Shown here: one piece after another, positions 10,411 through 20,298 of the stretch
How positions within the stretch are numbered: the stretch's first letter is position 1
Layout of the letters: each line of letters begins with the position of its first letter
From: Legionellales bacterium
Lineage (GTDB): Bacteria; Pseudomonadota; Gammaproteobacteria; JAGOUN01
Assembly: GCA_027486005.1 (NCBI GenBank)
Contig: JAIXPZ010000060.1
Location: forward strand, 3,088-67,087
Direction of reading: 5' to 3'
Length of the DNA stretch: 64,000 bases
Position numbers and translations under genes: made by a program
The notes under the pieces: generated by a model
What the model saw: the letters and a program-made list of their open reading frames with translations, nothing else
What the model was told of the DNA's origin: nothing
Database searches by the model: none

Positions 10411-11037
10411 ATGAAACGCTTAATTTCATTGATGCTCTTAAGCTGTTCTTTATGTCTTATTTTACCCAGCACAGCAACCAGTACAACATTAGCGACAGGA
10501 GGCTTACAAAGCACAAGCACCTCGGGCCCAGAGACAATTGTTCTGAATATTGCTGCTAACGCGATGAAAATAACAATGCTTAAATCGAGTAATTATTTCA
10601 CAAAAAACGGCAAACTTGCTCCTGCTAACCTGTTTTTACAAAAACCTAAATCACCAAGCCCTATCAAACTGATTACGAATGATGCGAAGGGCGCTGTGAT
10701 TTTAGTCTTTAGTCAAAATGTTCCTGGTGGGCTTAAAGGAAAAAAAATTCGGTGTGTCATTCAGACCTCACCTCCTAACTTTATATCGCCAATTTGTGTC
10801 ACCGACATTGATCAGAACAACAGCGGCCAACCTTTTTTCTCAAACCCCATTCAAAATTTCACTCCATCGATAACAATCATGGGAACTGATCTGGGCACTG
10901 TCTATACGGCACCGTCAAGCGCGGTAACAAGCATGAATTACAATAGTATTGATAGCAACGTTAACAGTGCATCTCATGGGTCTAGCAATGCCCCGGGATC
11001 AAGTTCTTCAAGCAGTAGCATAGGTTCAATATTATGA
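10411..11037 (+). CDS. Secreted/lipoprotein-like protein of unknown function with a Ser-rich C-terminus
   Basis: I moved the start to the ATG at 10411 (MKRLISLMLLSCSL..., a signal peptide with a possible LLSC lipobox). The ORF-track start at 10339 would overlap the upstream gene out of frame. Confidence 0.5.
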   Translation: MKRLISLMLLSCSLCLILPSTATSTTLATGGLQSTSTSGPETIVLNIAANAMKITMLKSSNYFTKNGKLAPANLFLQKPKSPSPIKLITNDAKGAVILVFSQNVPGGLKGKKIRCVIQTSPPNFISPICVTDIDQNNSGQPFFSNPIQNFTPSITIMGTDLGTVYTAPSSAVTSMNYNSIDSNVNSASHGSSNAPGSSSSSSSIGSIL

Positions 11038-11063
11038 CACAGTTGATACGAGCAATATGACTT

Positions 11064-12281
11064 TCAGTGTATTCCTGGGTAGAAAAAAAGCGTTTCAGCT
11101 ACATAGACCAGGAAGAAAAACAACGCTGTATTAAACAAATACAAACCTAATCGAACAAACTCTATCAATAACAATAAACGTTTTTCTAAAATCATCTGAC
11201 TAACGCCATAAATACGCTTAAACGATGCTGATAAGTTATTTGACAGCGCGCCCAAAGTAATCATCTGCACCTCTGCAGCACTAAAAATATGAAAATGCTT
11301 CAAGGTGTTAGAAAAAACTTCTCCTCGAATAATCGCAGCTGACATTGCTTGTACACGCCGTTTAAAAAATAAATTACCAATCACCGCGACACTATATAAC
11401 GCGCATTTTTGAGCGCTTGCCCCTCCTTTCAATAACACACTATAAAGCAAAGATAGACGTTCACGCTCAATCGCCAACACCACGCCGCTAACAACAGGGA
11501 GGTAACATAAAACCGCATCATAAATAAGCCTAGCTTTTTTATAAAAGCGAATAAGTAATTTTAAACTAATCAGTAAAAAAAATATCACTACTACTGTTCT
11601 GAATAAATGAACGGTAAATAATGCGGTTAACATATCGAAAAATTCGATTAATTGTGGCGTTGGGTTACGAAAAACATAAAGCGCATAATAAAAATCTTTT
11701 AAATAATGTAAACGTAGAAAAAATAGGCCACTGAATAACACCACCGCAATCGATAACTGAGGCATAGCCACAAGAAATATTTTCTGTGAAAATGAAACTC
11801 TTTTGGTAGATTGATCGCAATATTGCAAAATAGCAGAAAGCTCTTCTCGAGTATGTGCAAAAGAAATTAATTGCAATGTGGACGAGGAAAACAGCCATTC
11901 ATGTTTCTGCAATGCTTCAGAAAAAGAAAACCCTTTTGAAAGCTTCTCTATTATATCCCGAAGCACATGCGCCAACCTCGGGTTGCTTAAATGCGCGGCA
12001 ATAATAAACAAAGCATTTTTTATAGGTATGCCTATATCCAACATCCCTGCTAATTGATAATAAAACATGGAAAGATCAAATTTTCGAACTGGAAAGAATC
12101 GACTACTAAATTGCTTTAACACAACACACATCACTTGAAGAAAAGCCATTTTTTCAATAGACAACACCAAAATACCAGCAGACTGCAACCGACTTCTTAA
12201 TGTTAACTCAGATTCAGCATTGTATCGACCCTGCACTAAATGCTCTGATGCGTTTTTTCCCTTGAAGTTATACCAAGTCAT
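11064..12281 (-). CDS. Type IV pilus / T2SS inner-membrane platform protein (GspF/PilC/MshG family)
   Basis: 405 aa with two repeated GspF-type domains and 3 TM segments. It lies downstream of the GspE-like ATPase. Confidence 0.8.
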   Translation of the reverse strand: MTWYNFKGKNASEHLVQGRYNAESELTLRSRLQSAGILVLSIEKMAFLQVMCVVLKQFSSRFFPVRKFDLSMFYYQLAGMLDIGIPIKNALFIIAAHLSNPRLAHVLRDIIEKLSKGFSFSEALQKHEWLFSSSTLQLISFAHTREELSAILQYCDQSTKRVSFSQKIFLVAMPQLSIAVVLFSGLFFLRLHYLKDFYYALYVFRNPTPQLIEFFDMLTALFTVHLFRTVVVIFFLLISLKLLIRFYKKARLIYDAVLCYLPVVSGVVLAIERERLSLLYSVLLKGGASAQKCALYSVAVIGNLFFKRRVQAMSAAIIRGEVFSNTLKHFHIFSAAEVQMITLGALSNNLSASFKRIYGVSQMILEKRLLLLIEFVRLGLYLFNTALFFFLVYVAETLFFYPGIH

Positions 12282-12289
12282 TTTATTCC

Positions 12290-13954
12290 TTAATCGTTCT
12301 CCATACGCATCACTTCACTGATTGCAATGGTTCCTTGGGAAGCCAATATAAATGCATGATCCAAAATCGTTCGGCCCAACATCGCCTGCTTAACCAACTC
12401 CATGTACTCTGGAATAGAATTTTGCGCAAGGCAAGTAATCATTTCCGCAGTCATGTGTAACACTTCAAAAATAGCTTCTCTTTGAGACAAGCCTGTTTCT
12501 TGACAGTAATAACATCCTTTACCATGATAGAAAGTCAGATTATTTGTTGTGTTTTTCGAATAACGTTCAACAAATTTTTTTTCAGTTTCTGTCAAAACAC
12601 AAACCTCTTTACAGTTTGGACATATTTTTCTTACTAAACGCTGCGAAACTGTCAAACGTAATGCTGAAGCCAACAAATAAGGATCCACTTTCAAATTCAA
12701 CAAGCGGAGAGGGATTTCAGATACTCCTCGCGCATGCACCGTTGATAACACTAAGTGTCCGGTGATAGCTGCGCGCACGGCCATATTTGCCGTTATTTCA
12801 TCCCGAATCTCACCAACCATGATAATATCTGGGTCTTGACGCAATGCCGCACGAATACCATCCGCAAAACTATAATTAATCGCTTCATTGACTTGCACTT
12901 GATTTGCGCCAGGAATCTTTGCCTCCACAGGGTCTTCTAATGTAATAATGTTTCTATCAAACTTATTCACTTCTTGAAGCGCGCTGTAAAGCGTTGTTGT
13001 CTTTCCGCTTCCGGTGGGTCCAGATACCAAAAACATTCCATAACTTCTTGCAAGATAATCTTGAATTTCATTGAGATACTCAGGGCTTTTTATTTTATCT
13101 GCGAGAACATAGGATGCTGCTTTTCCTAAAATACGTATAACAACAGATTGTCCATCATAGGTTGGCATAAAAGAAATTCTAAGATTAATATCTTCTTGAC
13201 CAACGATTAAATCTACTTTTTTCCCTTCACTAGGTTTCTGATCTTGGGTGATATCTACATCAGCAAGAAGTTTGAAATAACGCACCAAGTGATCACCAAC
13301 ACTAACATTCGGTAACGAGTATTTTTGCAACATTCCATCAATGCGAAGCCTAACATCTACTGTATGGCGATTCATTTCAATGTGAATATCAGATGCATCA
13401 ATTTCAAATGCATCTCTTAAAATAAGATTGGCAAGCTCAGAAATTTGGCCGTCTTCTTCGACGTCAATCAATTCAAACGTATCTACTATTTCATATTGTT
13501 TTTGCGCATAACTCGCAACTTTTTGAATTTCGTCAATTTTTCTATAAGTTAATCGAAGTAATCGTTTCAAATCTTTAGCCTTGACCATCACAGGTTTTAA
13601 ATAAGCATTGACTATACTTTCTGCAGAACGAACCACTTCTTGATCAAACGGATTTGAAAAACCAACAATAACACCATCAGGTGAACTTCCAATGACAATA
13701 GCATTAAATGCATAAGCATTTTTTTCAGGCAACTGCATATCACGATCGATAGTGATAGCCTCTTTGCTTAAGTCAAAAAAAGATACTTGTTTATAATTTT
13801 CATATTCTGCAGCAAACATGCTCGCTGTCAACACAGCTGATTGACTCAAATCCTTTGATAGCTCCTCAACTGGCAGCTCAGGATGAATTTGCAACAAGAA
13901 ATCAAAAAAACTAAATCCCTCGTGCAACGTACGATATTGACCATACATATCCAT
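12290..13954 (-). CDS. GspE/PilB/MshE-family secretion ATPase
   Basis: Walker A LVSGPTGSGKTTTLYS, Asp/His boxes and a C-terminal tetracysteine (CPNC...CYYC). The start was moved to the ATG at 13954, which is preceded by an AAAGG ribosome-binding site (RBS). The ORF-track start at 14029 would overlap the upstream gene. Confidence 0.9.
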   Translation of the reverse strand: MDMYGQYRTLHEGFSFFDFLLQIHPELPVEELSKDLSQSAVLTASMFAAEYENYKQVSFFDLSKEAITIDRDMQLPEKNAYAFNAIVIGSSPDGVIVGFSNPFDQEVVRSAESIVNAYLKPVMVKAKDLKRLLRLTYRKIDEIQKVASYAQKQYEIVDTFELIDVEEDGQISELANLILRDAFEIDASDIHIEMNRHTVDVRLRIDGMLQKYSLPNVSVGDHLVRYFKLLADVDITQDQKPSEGKKVDLIVGQEDINLRISFMPTYDGQSVVIRILGKAASYVLADKIKSPEYLNEIQDYLARSYGMFLVSGPTGSGKTTTLYSALQEVNKFDRNIITLEDPVEAKIPGANQVQVNEAINYSFADGIRAALRQDPDIIMVGEIRDEITANMAVRAAITGHLVLSTVHARGVSEIPLRLLNLKVDPYLLASALRLTVSQRLVRKICPNCKEVCVLTETEKKFVERYSKNTTNNLTFYHGKGCYYCQETGLSQREAIFEVLHMTAEMITCLAQNSIPEYMELVKQAMLGRTILDHAFILASQGTIAISEVMRMEND

Positions 13955-13964
13955 ATTAAACCTT

Positions 13965-15377
13965 TTATGTCGCTTGCAATGTACGAAGTTGTTGATTAAT
14001 AAACAATAAAACTTGAGGATTACTTTCACTTAACTGTGCCGCGCGACGATAGGCAATCAACGCACTATTAACATCACCAGATTTTTGATAGGCTAAAGCT
14101 AAACCCAGCCAATAATTTGGTGAAGTCGGAAATTTCGCTACAATTTGTTGAAAAATAGAAACCGCATTGCTTGGCTGATCTAAACGCATATAAGCCGCTG
14201 CTAACAAAGCATAATATCCAGGAAAACTCGACAAATCAGGTGATTGCGGCGCCAAAATATTGACCGCTTGCTGATACTGCTGTTGCATAAACTTCGATTG
14301 GGCTCTCAATGCTACAACTTCCACACTAGACCCCGCATTAAGTTGCGTCGAGTGCTCAAGAACATCATCTGCCAAATTATATTGACTTGTCATTATATAA
14401 ATTTTTGCCAATAGTAATGCCGATAACCCCTGAGTTTCTATAATTAACTTATCATTGTTTACAAGCAAAGGAATCGCTTTGTCGTATTGCGTCAGTTGGG
14501 TAAAATTAAGCGCTTGCTGATACGTTGGATTATTAGCACCTATTTGACTAGATACTTTTTGGATACTTACCGTGCCGCGCTGGTCACTACTTGTATCCTC
14601 AACAGATTCAACATCAGAACTAGTCTCTTCAAGACTTGGATCAGAAGAAGATGCAGTATCAGAGCTGGCATCTTCAGCACCAGTATCTTCAGAGCTCGCA
14701 TCATCAGCGCTAGCATCTTCAGCGCCAGTATCTTCAGAGCTCGCATCATCAGCGCTAGCATTTTCAGCGCCAGTATCTTCAGAACTCGCATCATCAGCGC
14801 TAGCATCATCAACGTTTGAGTCATCAGAAGACGCAGTATCAGAGATAGGATTCGTTGAATTTACACTGTCAGAATTCGTATCTGCAGCACTACTGTTCAC
14901 ATTACTTTGAGCACTGCCGCCGCGCTGCTTCGTCTTGCCGAAACCAGCGCCACCTGGCTCTGCTGGCTTGGCTTGCAATCCACTAGCTTTTGGTTGACTC
15001 GCTGGTGAGGTGGCAATATTGGCAGCAGCACCTCTCTGCATTTTTTGTTGCAATTGTGCTCTCAAATCTACTTTACCTTCTGCGCTAGGTTCAGCCGCAT
15101 GACCACCTTGGCCACCCACCATCAATGCTTGAATTTTCTGTATTTTCGCCGATTCTCCCTGCATTGACTTTGCTATGCGAGCTTTCTCCATATGTTTAAA
15201 TATCAAAATGCTTGCCACCGCTGTTATCGCGATTAACGCGACCGCAGAAGAACTAATTAGCACTATTTTTGCTACTTTTCCCAGCTTCGTCACTTGCTTA
15301 AGCCCACTATTCTCTAGAGGCAATGATGGAGCAGACTCGTGACGAAATTTTTTCAATGCATTAATTAAAAGACTCAT
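13965..15377 (-). CDS. Membrane-anchored TPR-repeat protein (MshN-like) with an internal acidic tandem repeat
   Basis: N-terminal TM anchor, C-terminal TPR repeats and a central DASSEDTGAEDASAD x3 low-complexity block. Its position between the ExeA-like ATPase and GspE matches the MSHA operon order. Confidence 0.6.
   Translation of the reverse strand: MSLLINALKKFRHESAPSLPLENSGLKQVTKLGKVAKIVLISSSAVALIAITAVASILIFKHMEKARIAKSMQGESAKIQKIQALMVGGQGGHAAEPSAEGKVDLRAQLQQKMQRGAAANIATSPASQPKASGLQAKPAEPGGAGFGKTKQRGGSAQSNVNSSAADTNSDSVNSTNPISDTASSDDSNVDDASADDASSEDTGAENASADDASSEDTGAEDASADDASSEDTGAEDASSDTASSSDPSLEETSSDVESVEDTSSDQRGTVSIQKVSSQIGANNPTYQQALNFTQLTQYDKAIPLLVNNDKLIIETQGLSALLLAKIYIMTSQYNLADDVLEHSTQLNAGSSVEVVALRAQSKFMQQQYQQAVNILAPQSPDLSSFPGYYALLAAAYMRLDQPSNAVSIFQQIVAKFPTSPNYWLGLALAYQKSGDVNSALIAYRRAAQLSESNPQVLLFINQQLRTLQAT
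14681..14815. repeat. 45-nt tandem repeat x3 (cagtatcttcagagctcgcatcatcagcgctagcatcttcagcgc) inside the TPR gene
   Basis: Identical 10-mers recur at 14681, 14726 and 14771 (period 45 nt = 15 aa). Confidence 0.8.
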
Positions 15378-15388
15378 GAAACAACTAC

Positions 15389-16318
15389 CTAATCAATAAA
15401 AAAAACTGAACCCAAAACAAACGTTACCAAAACAACAAGTAAAATAATAAATCCGTGCTTTTTACTCAAAATATTTTTCTTCTTAGAGCAAGAATCTAAG
15501 GTTTCTTTGGAATCCAAAATAGCCGCCCGCATTGCTTCTTTGTCTACCAGCAGCTTTCCTTGTACGTAAGAAGCCAGCAATGCTTTGTAAGCAACAATAT
15601 TAATTACTCGAGGAATGCCATGACTTACTTTAAAAATCAATTTACTCGCCGCTTCTGAAAATAATTTTCCATTAGCATGGCCTGCAGAAAGCAATCGCTG
15701 TTGTAAATAAGGAGAAACTTGAGTGGCGTGCAAAGCGGTCAATCTAACATTAAAACCAATGCGTTGTTTTAGCTGTCTAAATTTTTTCAATGAAAGCCTC
15801 TCATCTAACTCAGGCTGGCCCAATAAAATAATTTGTATTAATTTTTTATGTTCCGATTCTAGGTTAGTCAGCAAGCGTAGCGCTTCTAGGGAAGCATCTG
15901 ACAAAGTTTGTGCTTCATCAACTAGCAAAACAACATGTTTGTTTTCATGATAGTAAGCAAGCAATTTGTCTGTAATATTTTTATAAAGATAATACTCTGC
16001 ATCAGTTTCAACATGAGGTACGGCCAGTTCATCAGCAATCAAACGAAACAATGTTTCTGTATTCAATAGTGGATTATGGATATATAAAGTCACCATATCT
16101 TGCTGATCTAACGCATCAATCAATTTGCGGCATAACAATGTTTTTCCAGTGCCCACTTCGCCAACCACCTTAATAATTGGCTCTCCTTTCTCCAGGCTGT
16201 GAACAATTGTATCCAAAGCATCACGATACAACTCAAAACCACAAAAAAACTTCAAGTTTGGGGTTTGTTCAAACGGCAAGTCATGCAGTTGAAAATAGCG
16301 CTTAATTTCAGTGTGCAT
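15389..16318 (-). CDS. ExeA/GspA-like AAA ATPase (MshM-like) with a C-terminal TM segment
   Basis: Walker A GEVGTGKT, Walker B LLVDEAQ and a C-terminal hydrophobic anchor. Confidence 0.75.
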   Translation of the reverse strand: MHTEIKRYFQLHDLPFEQTPNLKFFCGFELYRDALDTIVHSLEKGEPIIKVVGEVGTGKTLLCRKLIDALDQQDMVTLYIHNPLLNTETLFRLIADELAVPHVETDAEYYLYKNITDKLLAYYHENKHVVLLVDEAQTLSDASLEALRLLTNLESEHKKLIQIILLGQPELDERLSLKKFRQLKQRIGFNVRLTALHATQVSPYLQQRLLSAGHANGKLFSEAASKLIFKVSHGIPRVINIVAYKALLASYVQGKLLVDKEAMRAAILDSKETLDSCSKKKNILSKKHGFIILLVVLVTFVLGSVFFID

Positions 16319-17963
16319 TATTCAAAAACTCCCTATCCGCCTTTTCTGAATATGCTGTTTTTGCAATACTATCAAGCTCTTTCTTCCAAACGTCATCCTC
16401 AACAATAATGGGTCGAAGCAGAATAACCAGCTCAGTTTTACCATTAACTTGTAACTTAGAGGTCGTAAGCGCACCGAACGAATTCTGATACTCAGGTTTA
16501 ATGGGTAACCCAGAAGAACCGTCACTCATGTTCACTTGCATTAAGCCTCCTAAAATAATCACTTGCCCATTTTTCGCATGCACAACCGTATCTGTTTCTC
16601 GAATAACTGATTTTGCTACTGGAAGAGTTGAAACCTCATCGTTGACTTCAACGGTCAATGTATCTTCGCTGACCTCACTCACCGCTGGGTGAATATGCAA
16701 ATTAACCTCACCTTGATCTGTAATTTGAGGGGTAACATACAAAGAAATTCCAGAAAAAAACGCTTCTAAATCAATAGTTGATGTTGTGGTATTATCACCA
16801 TCACCTGAAGTGACTTGACTATCGACATTTGTCACATAGTAGTTGTCTGTTCCCACTTTAATAATTGCGCTTTGATTATTAATAGCAGAAACGCGCGGTT
16901 TTGAAAGGATGGATACCCTTCCTTGGGTCGACAGCAAACTCACCGCATAAGTAAAATTATTCCGATCTCCCGACATACTCAACGTATAGACACTACTTAG
17001 CTCAGCTGTTGATACTGGCACACTAGACACTCCACCAGCAGTTAACGCACTCCAATCGATACCCGCGCTGTATTCACTCGCAAGCTGTACATCTAAAATT
17101 TCCGCCTCAATAATCACTTGTCTACCTAATATGTTTTGGGTTTTTGCAATATATTGCTCAACCATTTGCATATTTTTAGGAAATGCACGCACAACGATCA
17201 CGCCTGTTTCTGGATTAATCTGTGCCATTGGGGTGTCTGCCGTGCCACCTTTTTCATTAGAATTACCATCAATTAAAGCACCAATGGTCGATGAAAGATC
17301 CGTCCAAAAGGTATCTTTCTGTGAAGCTTGGATTGTAACAGTAGAAGCATTAGAACCACCGCCACTATCACCGCCGCCAGAAGCAGACCCTGCTGTTGTT
17401 AAAGAGCTACCAGAACTATTTACTAGGGTACTGGTTTGTAACGTTCTTTCTAACGTCAATTTATCAATCATGAAAATACGCGTTTCTAATTGTTTTGGAT
17501 AAATGTTATACCCGTAGCTGGTTTTTTCATAATGGTAACCATATAAATCGGATACAGCGTCCAGAGCTTCTTGTAACGTTACTTGTTTTAAATTGAGAGT
17601 GACATTGCCCGCGACCCCTGGAGAAAGCACTAAACTGCAATTTGAGCCTTGCGCTAAGCCAGCAAAAAACTCTTTCGCGGAAACATTATTCACAGCAACA
17701 TCAAATTTTTCTGAAAAATTACTATTTTGTGGGGCAGAAAGAAGATTTGCCGCAGGCATCATCTGTTCAGCGACTGAATTGGGTAGTGATAAATTCTTTG
17801 CATCATCCATCACTCTCTTCTGAATCATAGAATTTTTCGTCAATGCATCGTTTGAATCTTGTAGATTTTTATTATAATTATTATCCGTTGGCCGCACGCA
17901 CCCAACTAGAAAGGCAGCTATCAAGCTTGCGACAACTATTCTATAAAACCTCTGACGCCTCAT
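16308..17963 (-). CDS. Secretin (PilQ/MshL/GspD family), lipoprotein type
   Basis: Lipobox LVGC near the N-terminus. The conserved C-terminal secretin domain (VVHAKNGQVIILGGL...LPIKPEY...TELVILLRP) is present. Confidence 0.85.
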   Translation of the reverse strand: MRRQRFYRIVVASLIAAFLVGCVRPTDNNYNKNLQDSNDALTKNSMIQKRVMDDAKNLSLPNSVAEQMMPAANLLSAPQNSNFSEKFDVAVNNVSAKEFFAGLAQGSNCSLVLSPGVAGNVTLNLKQVTLQEALDAVSDLYGYHYEKTSYGYNIYPKQLETRIFMIDKLTLERTLQTSTLVNSSGSSLTTAGSASGGGDSGGGSNASTVTIQASQKDTFWTDLSSTIGALIDGNSNEKGGTADTPMAQINPETGVIVVRAFPKNMQMVEQYIAKTQNILGRQVIIEAEILDVQLASEYSAGIDWSALTAGGVSSVPVSTAELSSVYTLSMSGDRNNFTYAVSLLSTQGRVSILSKPRVSAINNQSAIIKVGTDNYYVTNVDSQVTSGDGDNTTTSTIDLEAFFSGISLYVTPQITDQGEVNLHIHPAVSEVSEDTLTVEVNDEVSTLPVAKSVIRETDTVVHAKNGQVIILGGLMQVNMSDGSSGLPIKPEYQNSFGALTTSKLQVNGKTELVILLRPIIVEDDVWKKELDSIAKTAYSEKADREFLNNAH

Positions 17964-18322
17964 TGACTTCCCTCACTTAAAATTTTCCGCAATTGCTCTA
18001 ACTTTGACTGCATGGCATCAATCACTACGACGCGTTTTTGACCGTTAGGCGATACTAAAACAACGCGTTGATTATCAATACTCAATACTTTCATACTACT
18101 AAACTTATCGCCCTCTGAAACAAACCTATCATTAAGCAATGCCGTTATTTTTCCACCACTCTGCATGTACATTTTATACAAAATAGGCATTTGTTTATCA
18201 TCTGGATAAACCACCTGATAAAAAAGCTGCACTTTTTCCGGAGGCACAAAAGGATTAGCGGCCCAAACCGGAAAAAACAGCATCACTAAAGTTGTAGCAC
18301 TTAATTTTCGCATCAAACGCAT
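17960..18322 (-). CDS. Small periplasmic pilus-assembly protein (MshK/PilP-like)
   Basis: 120 aa with a signal peptide; called from its position between the PilO-like gene and the secretin. Confidence 0.4.
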   Translation of the reverse strand: MRLMRKLSATTLVMLFFPVWAANPFVPPEKVQLFYQVVYPDDKQMPILYKMYMQSGGKITALLNDRFVSEGDKFSSMKVLSIDNQRVVLVSPNGQKRVVVIDAMQSKLEQLRKILSEGSQ

Positions 18323-18327
18323 GTGCT

Positions 18328-18885
18328 CTATTCTCCCAACGTAAACACTTTCATCGTCACCACCGCCGTTGGATAACGTCGCATATCAAAACTAAGACTT
18401 TCATAAGCAATAGCATTATCATTGCTTTGTAGTATTTTTAAATAAGCAACAAAGGCATCAAAGCTCCCAGAAAATGTCACTACCGCAGAATATTTTTTTA
18501 TGCTTTCCAACAAGGATAGATTCAGTGCCTTTTTGGCTTGCGCAAACTGATCCGCCCCCATAGACAACACCACCGCAGGTTGATCTTTAAAATCTGTCAT
18601 TTCTAAATCTAGCGTGCTTGTTATAGGCTTTTGTAACACTAACCTTAACTGAACCGGTTGCAGGCTATCTGCATAAACAAAACGTTGCTGTTGTTGCGCT
18701 AATGCATTGATTTGCTGCAGTGTCTCTTTGGCCTGCATTTGCTTTTCGGTAATCGCAATGTTCGCTTGAAACAAAGGCTTCTCTAGAAAAAAATATATCC
18801 CCACTAAGATAAAAAGTGTTCCCAGCAATAATGAAAATCGGCGCCCAGCACTCCATTGGTTGATATGCCTCATCCACAACGTCAT
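18328..18885 (-). CDS. PilO/MshJ-like bitopic inner-membrane pilus-assembly protein
   Basis: 185 aa with a single N-terminal TM segment and a coiled-coil region; operon position. Confidence 0.5.
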   Translation of the reverse strand: MTLWMRHINQWSAGRRFSLLLGTLFILVGIYFFLEKPLFQANIAITEKQMQAKETLQQINALAQQQQRFVYADSLQPVQLRLVLQKPITSTLDLEMTDFKDQPAVVLSMGADQFAQAKKALNLSLLESIKKYSAVVTFSGSFDAFVAYLKILQSNDNAIAYESLSFDMRRYPTAVVTMKVFTLGE

Positions 18886-19511
18886 AAATATTTCTCCTGC
18901 TGGTTGAGCGCCGTTGTTTGAATCACAAAATTATAAAAACTTGGCATTTTTATCTTTTGCGCCGTCGCCTTCGCTTGCTCTTGATATTTTGACGGAAGAC
19001 CAGGAAGAAATCCTTTTTCAACATTGATTCCAATAAAACTGACATTCTTAAACGCAGATTGTAATGACAGTTGTTTTAATAATTGATCCAATTTATCCGG
19101 CGTATCCATAGAACCAGTTATCTTTATAGCAACAGGGTTACGTGTAATTTCTACTGTTTTCAACCATAAACCCTGCACTTGAATATGAGTCAATGCGTTA
19201 AACTCAGAATAAAACCCCTTTGCATTCAAACGCGGATCTGCAGGCAAAATTCCTGTTAAAAAATTTCCAGCTCCTTGCTGTAAAAATGGCTGAAATGTTA
19301 ATGTCGCCTGAGCAATTTCTTGCTCTAATTCTTTAATCACTGCTGCATGATGACGAAATTGGTTCCATTGAAAAAGCAAGTGGGTCAACATAATAGCAAC
19401 TACCAAAATAATAATTCCGGCAATTTTATTCGCCGTCAACATCGGCTGACGTTCAACAAATTTTAATAGATTAAATTGTGAAGCAGAATTACTCATGTGC
19501 CAACATCCCAT
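18882..19511 (-). CDS. PilN/MshI2-like bitopic inner-membrane pilus-assembly protein
   Basis: 209 aa with a single TM segment near the N-terminus; overlaps its neighbours by 4 nt. Confidence 0.5.
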   Translation of the reverse strand: MGCWHMSNSASQFNLLKFVERQPMLTANKIAGIIILVVAIMLTHLLFQWNQFRHHAAVIKELEQEIAQATLTFQPFLQQGAGNFLTGILPADPRLNAKGFYSEFNALTHIQVQGLWLKTVEITRNPVAIKITGSMDTPDKLDQLLKQLSLQSAFKNVSFIGINVEKGFLPGLPSKYQEQAKATAQKIKMPSFYNFVIQTTALNQQEKYL

Positions 19512-20298
19512 AATAAGCGTGACTCACTGCAGAATGATTATAGCGCTCTAAAGCTTTGCGATAATGTTGTGACCCCTGCTCCACGCCAAGCCATTCTACA
19601 CGTCCATTTATCTGACTTAAAATGGACTCTTCAATCGTGAACACGCCATTCATTAACCATAAAGGCGAGCTTGAAAAAGGTTTTATCTCTGCAAGATAAA
19701 ATAAATTCAAAGCTGTCATACAAGCCTCAGACATCACCGCTGTTTCTATTTTCGGAAGCTTTAACGTGGCCACCAACTCTCCCTGATAAAATGCAAATAC
19801 TTGTGGAGCATCTTGAAAATAATTAACCCAAATAAGCGCTGACTCAGAGGAATAATTTTGAGACACATATTGTGCGTAGATAAACTCGCACACACTTAGT
19901 TTGATCGGTCTAAGATGAACATCTATAAGGGTTTGAAAACGGTCTTTCAGCGCTCGCTTCGCAACTGCTACGACATAAATACGCTTTTCATTCGAAGCCG
20001 AAGGGCTTTCCACATAGTCTATAACAAGCTGATCGATTGGCAAAGAAAATCTTGCTTGTTCTTTCCAAAGAATCGCGGATAGCATTTCACGCGCAGGTAC
20101 ATTGGGTCTAGCGATTCTGAGTAATTGGTAGTCCAGCGGGCTTAAAATTCCAACTGTTTTTTTTCCGCGCAAGCCATTTTGGCTAACGCACTGTCCAAGC
20201 GCATTATTTAACTCAAACGATTGTAACAACTGAGATTCACCAACATCTGATACAGTCGCTGACATCTGATGAAAAGCAAGAGCACAACACTTAGACAC
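19489..20298 (-). CDS. PilM/MshI-like cytoplasmic actin-fold pilus-assembly protein
   Basis: 269 aa, first gene of the cluster. Its size and position match PilM-like proteins. Confidence 0.5.
   Translation of the reverse strand: MSKCCALAFHQMSATVSDVGESQLLQSFELNNALGQCVSQNGLRGKKTVGILSPLDYQLLRIARPNVPAREMLSAILWKEQARFSLPIDQLVIDYVESPSASNEKRIYVVAVAKRALKDRFQTLIDVHLRPIKLSVCEFIYAQYVSQNYSSESALIWVNYFQDAPQVFAFYQGELVATLKLPKIETAVMSEACMTALNLFYLAEIKPFSSSPLWLMNGVFTIEESILSQINGRVEWLGVEQGSQHYRKALERYNHSAVSHAYYGMLAHE

Noticed and set aside
11038-11110. Inverted repeat (cctgggtag...ctacatagaccagg) near the convergent junction of the secreted-protein operon and the platform gene, considered as a bidirectional terminator
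   Set aside because: Most of it lies inside the 3' coding end of the platform gene (11064..) and the stem is imperfect. Evidence is insufficient to call a terminator.
13955-14029. 25-codon N-terminal extension of the GspE-like ATPase that overlaps the TPR gene
   Set aside because: The internal ATG at 13954 has an AAAGG Shine-Dalgarno sequence and removes the overlap. The extension (MKVILKFYCLLINNFVHCKRHKRFN) is not conserved in GspE/PilB proteins.
14487-14910. Three overlapping ORFs (14487..14819 +, 14567..14824 -, 14572..14910 +) with highly repetitive translations
   Set aside because: They are alternative-frame readings of the 45-nt tandem repeat inside the MshN-like gene. The repetitiveness is a by-product of the DNA repeat, not evidence for separate genes.
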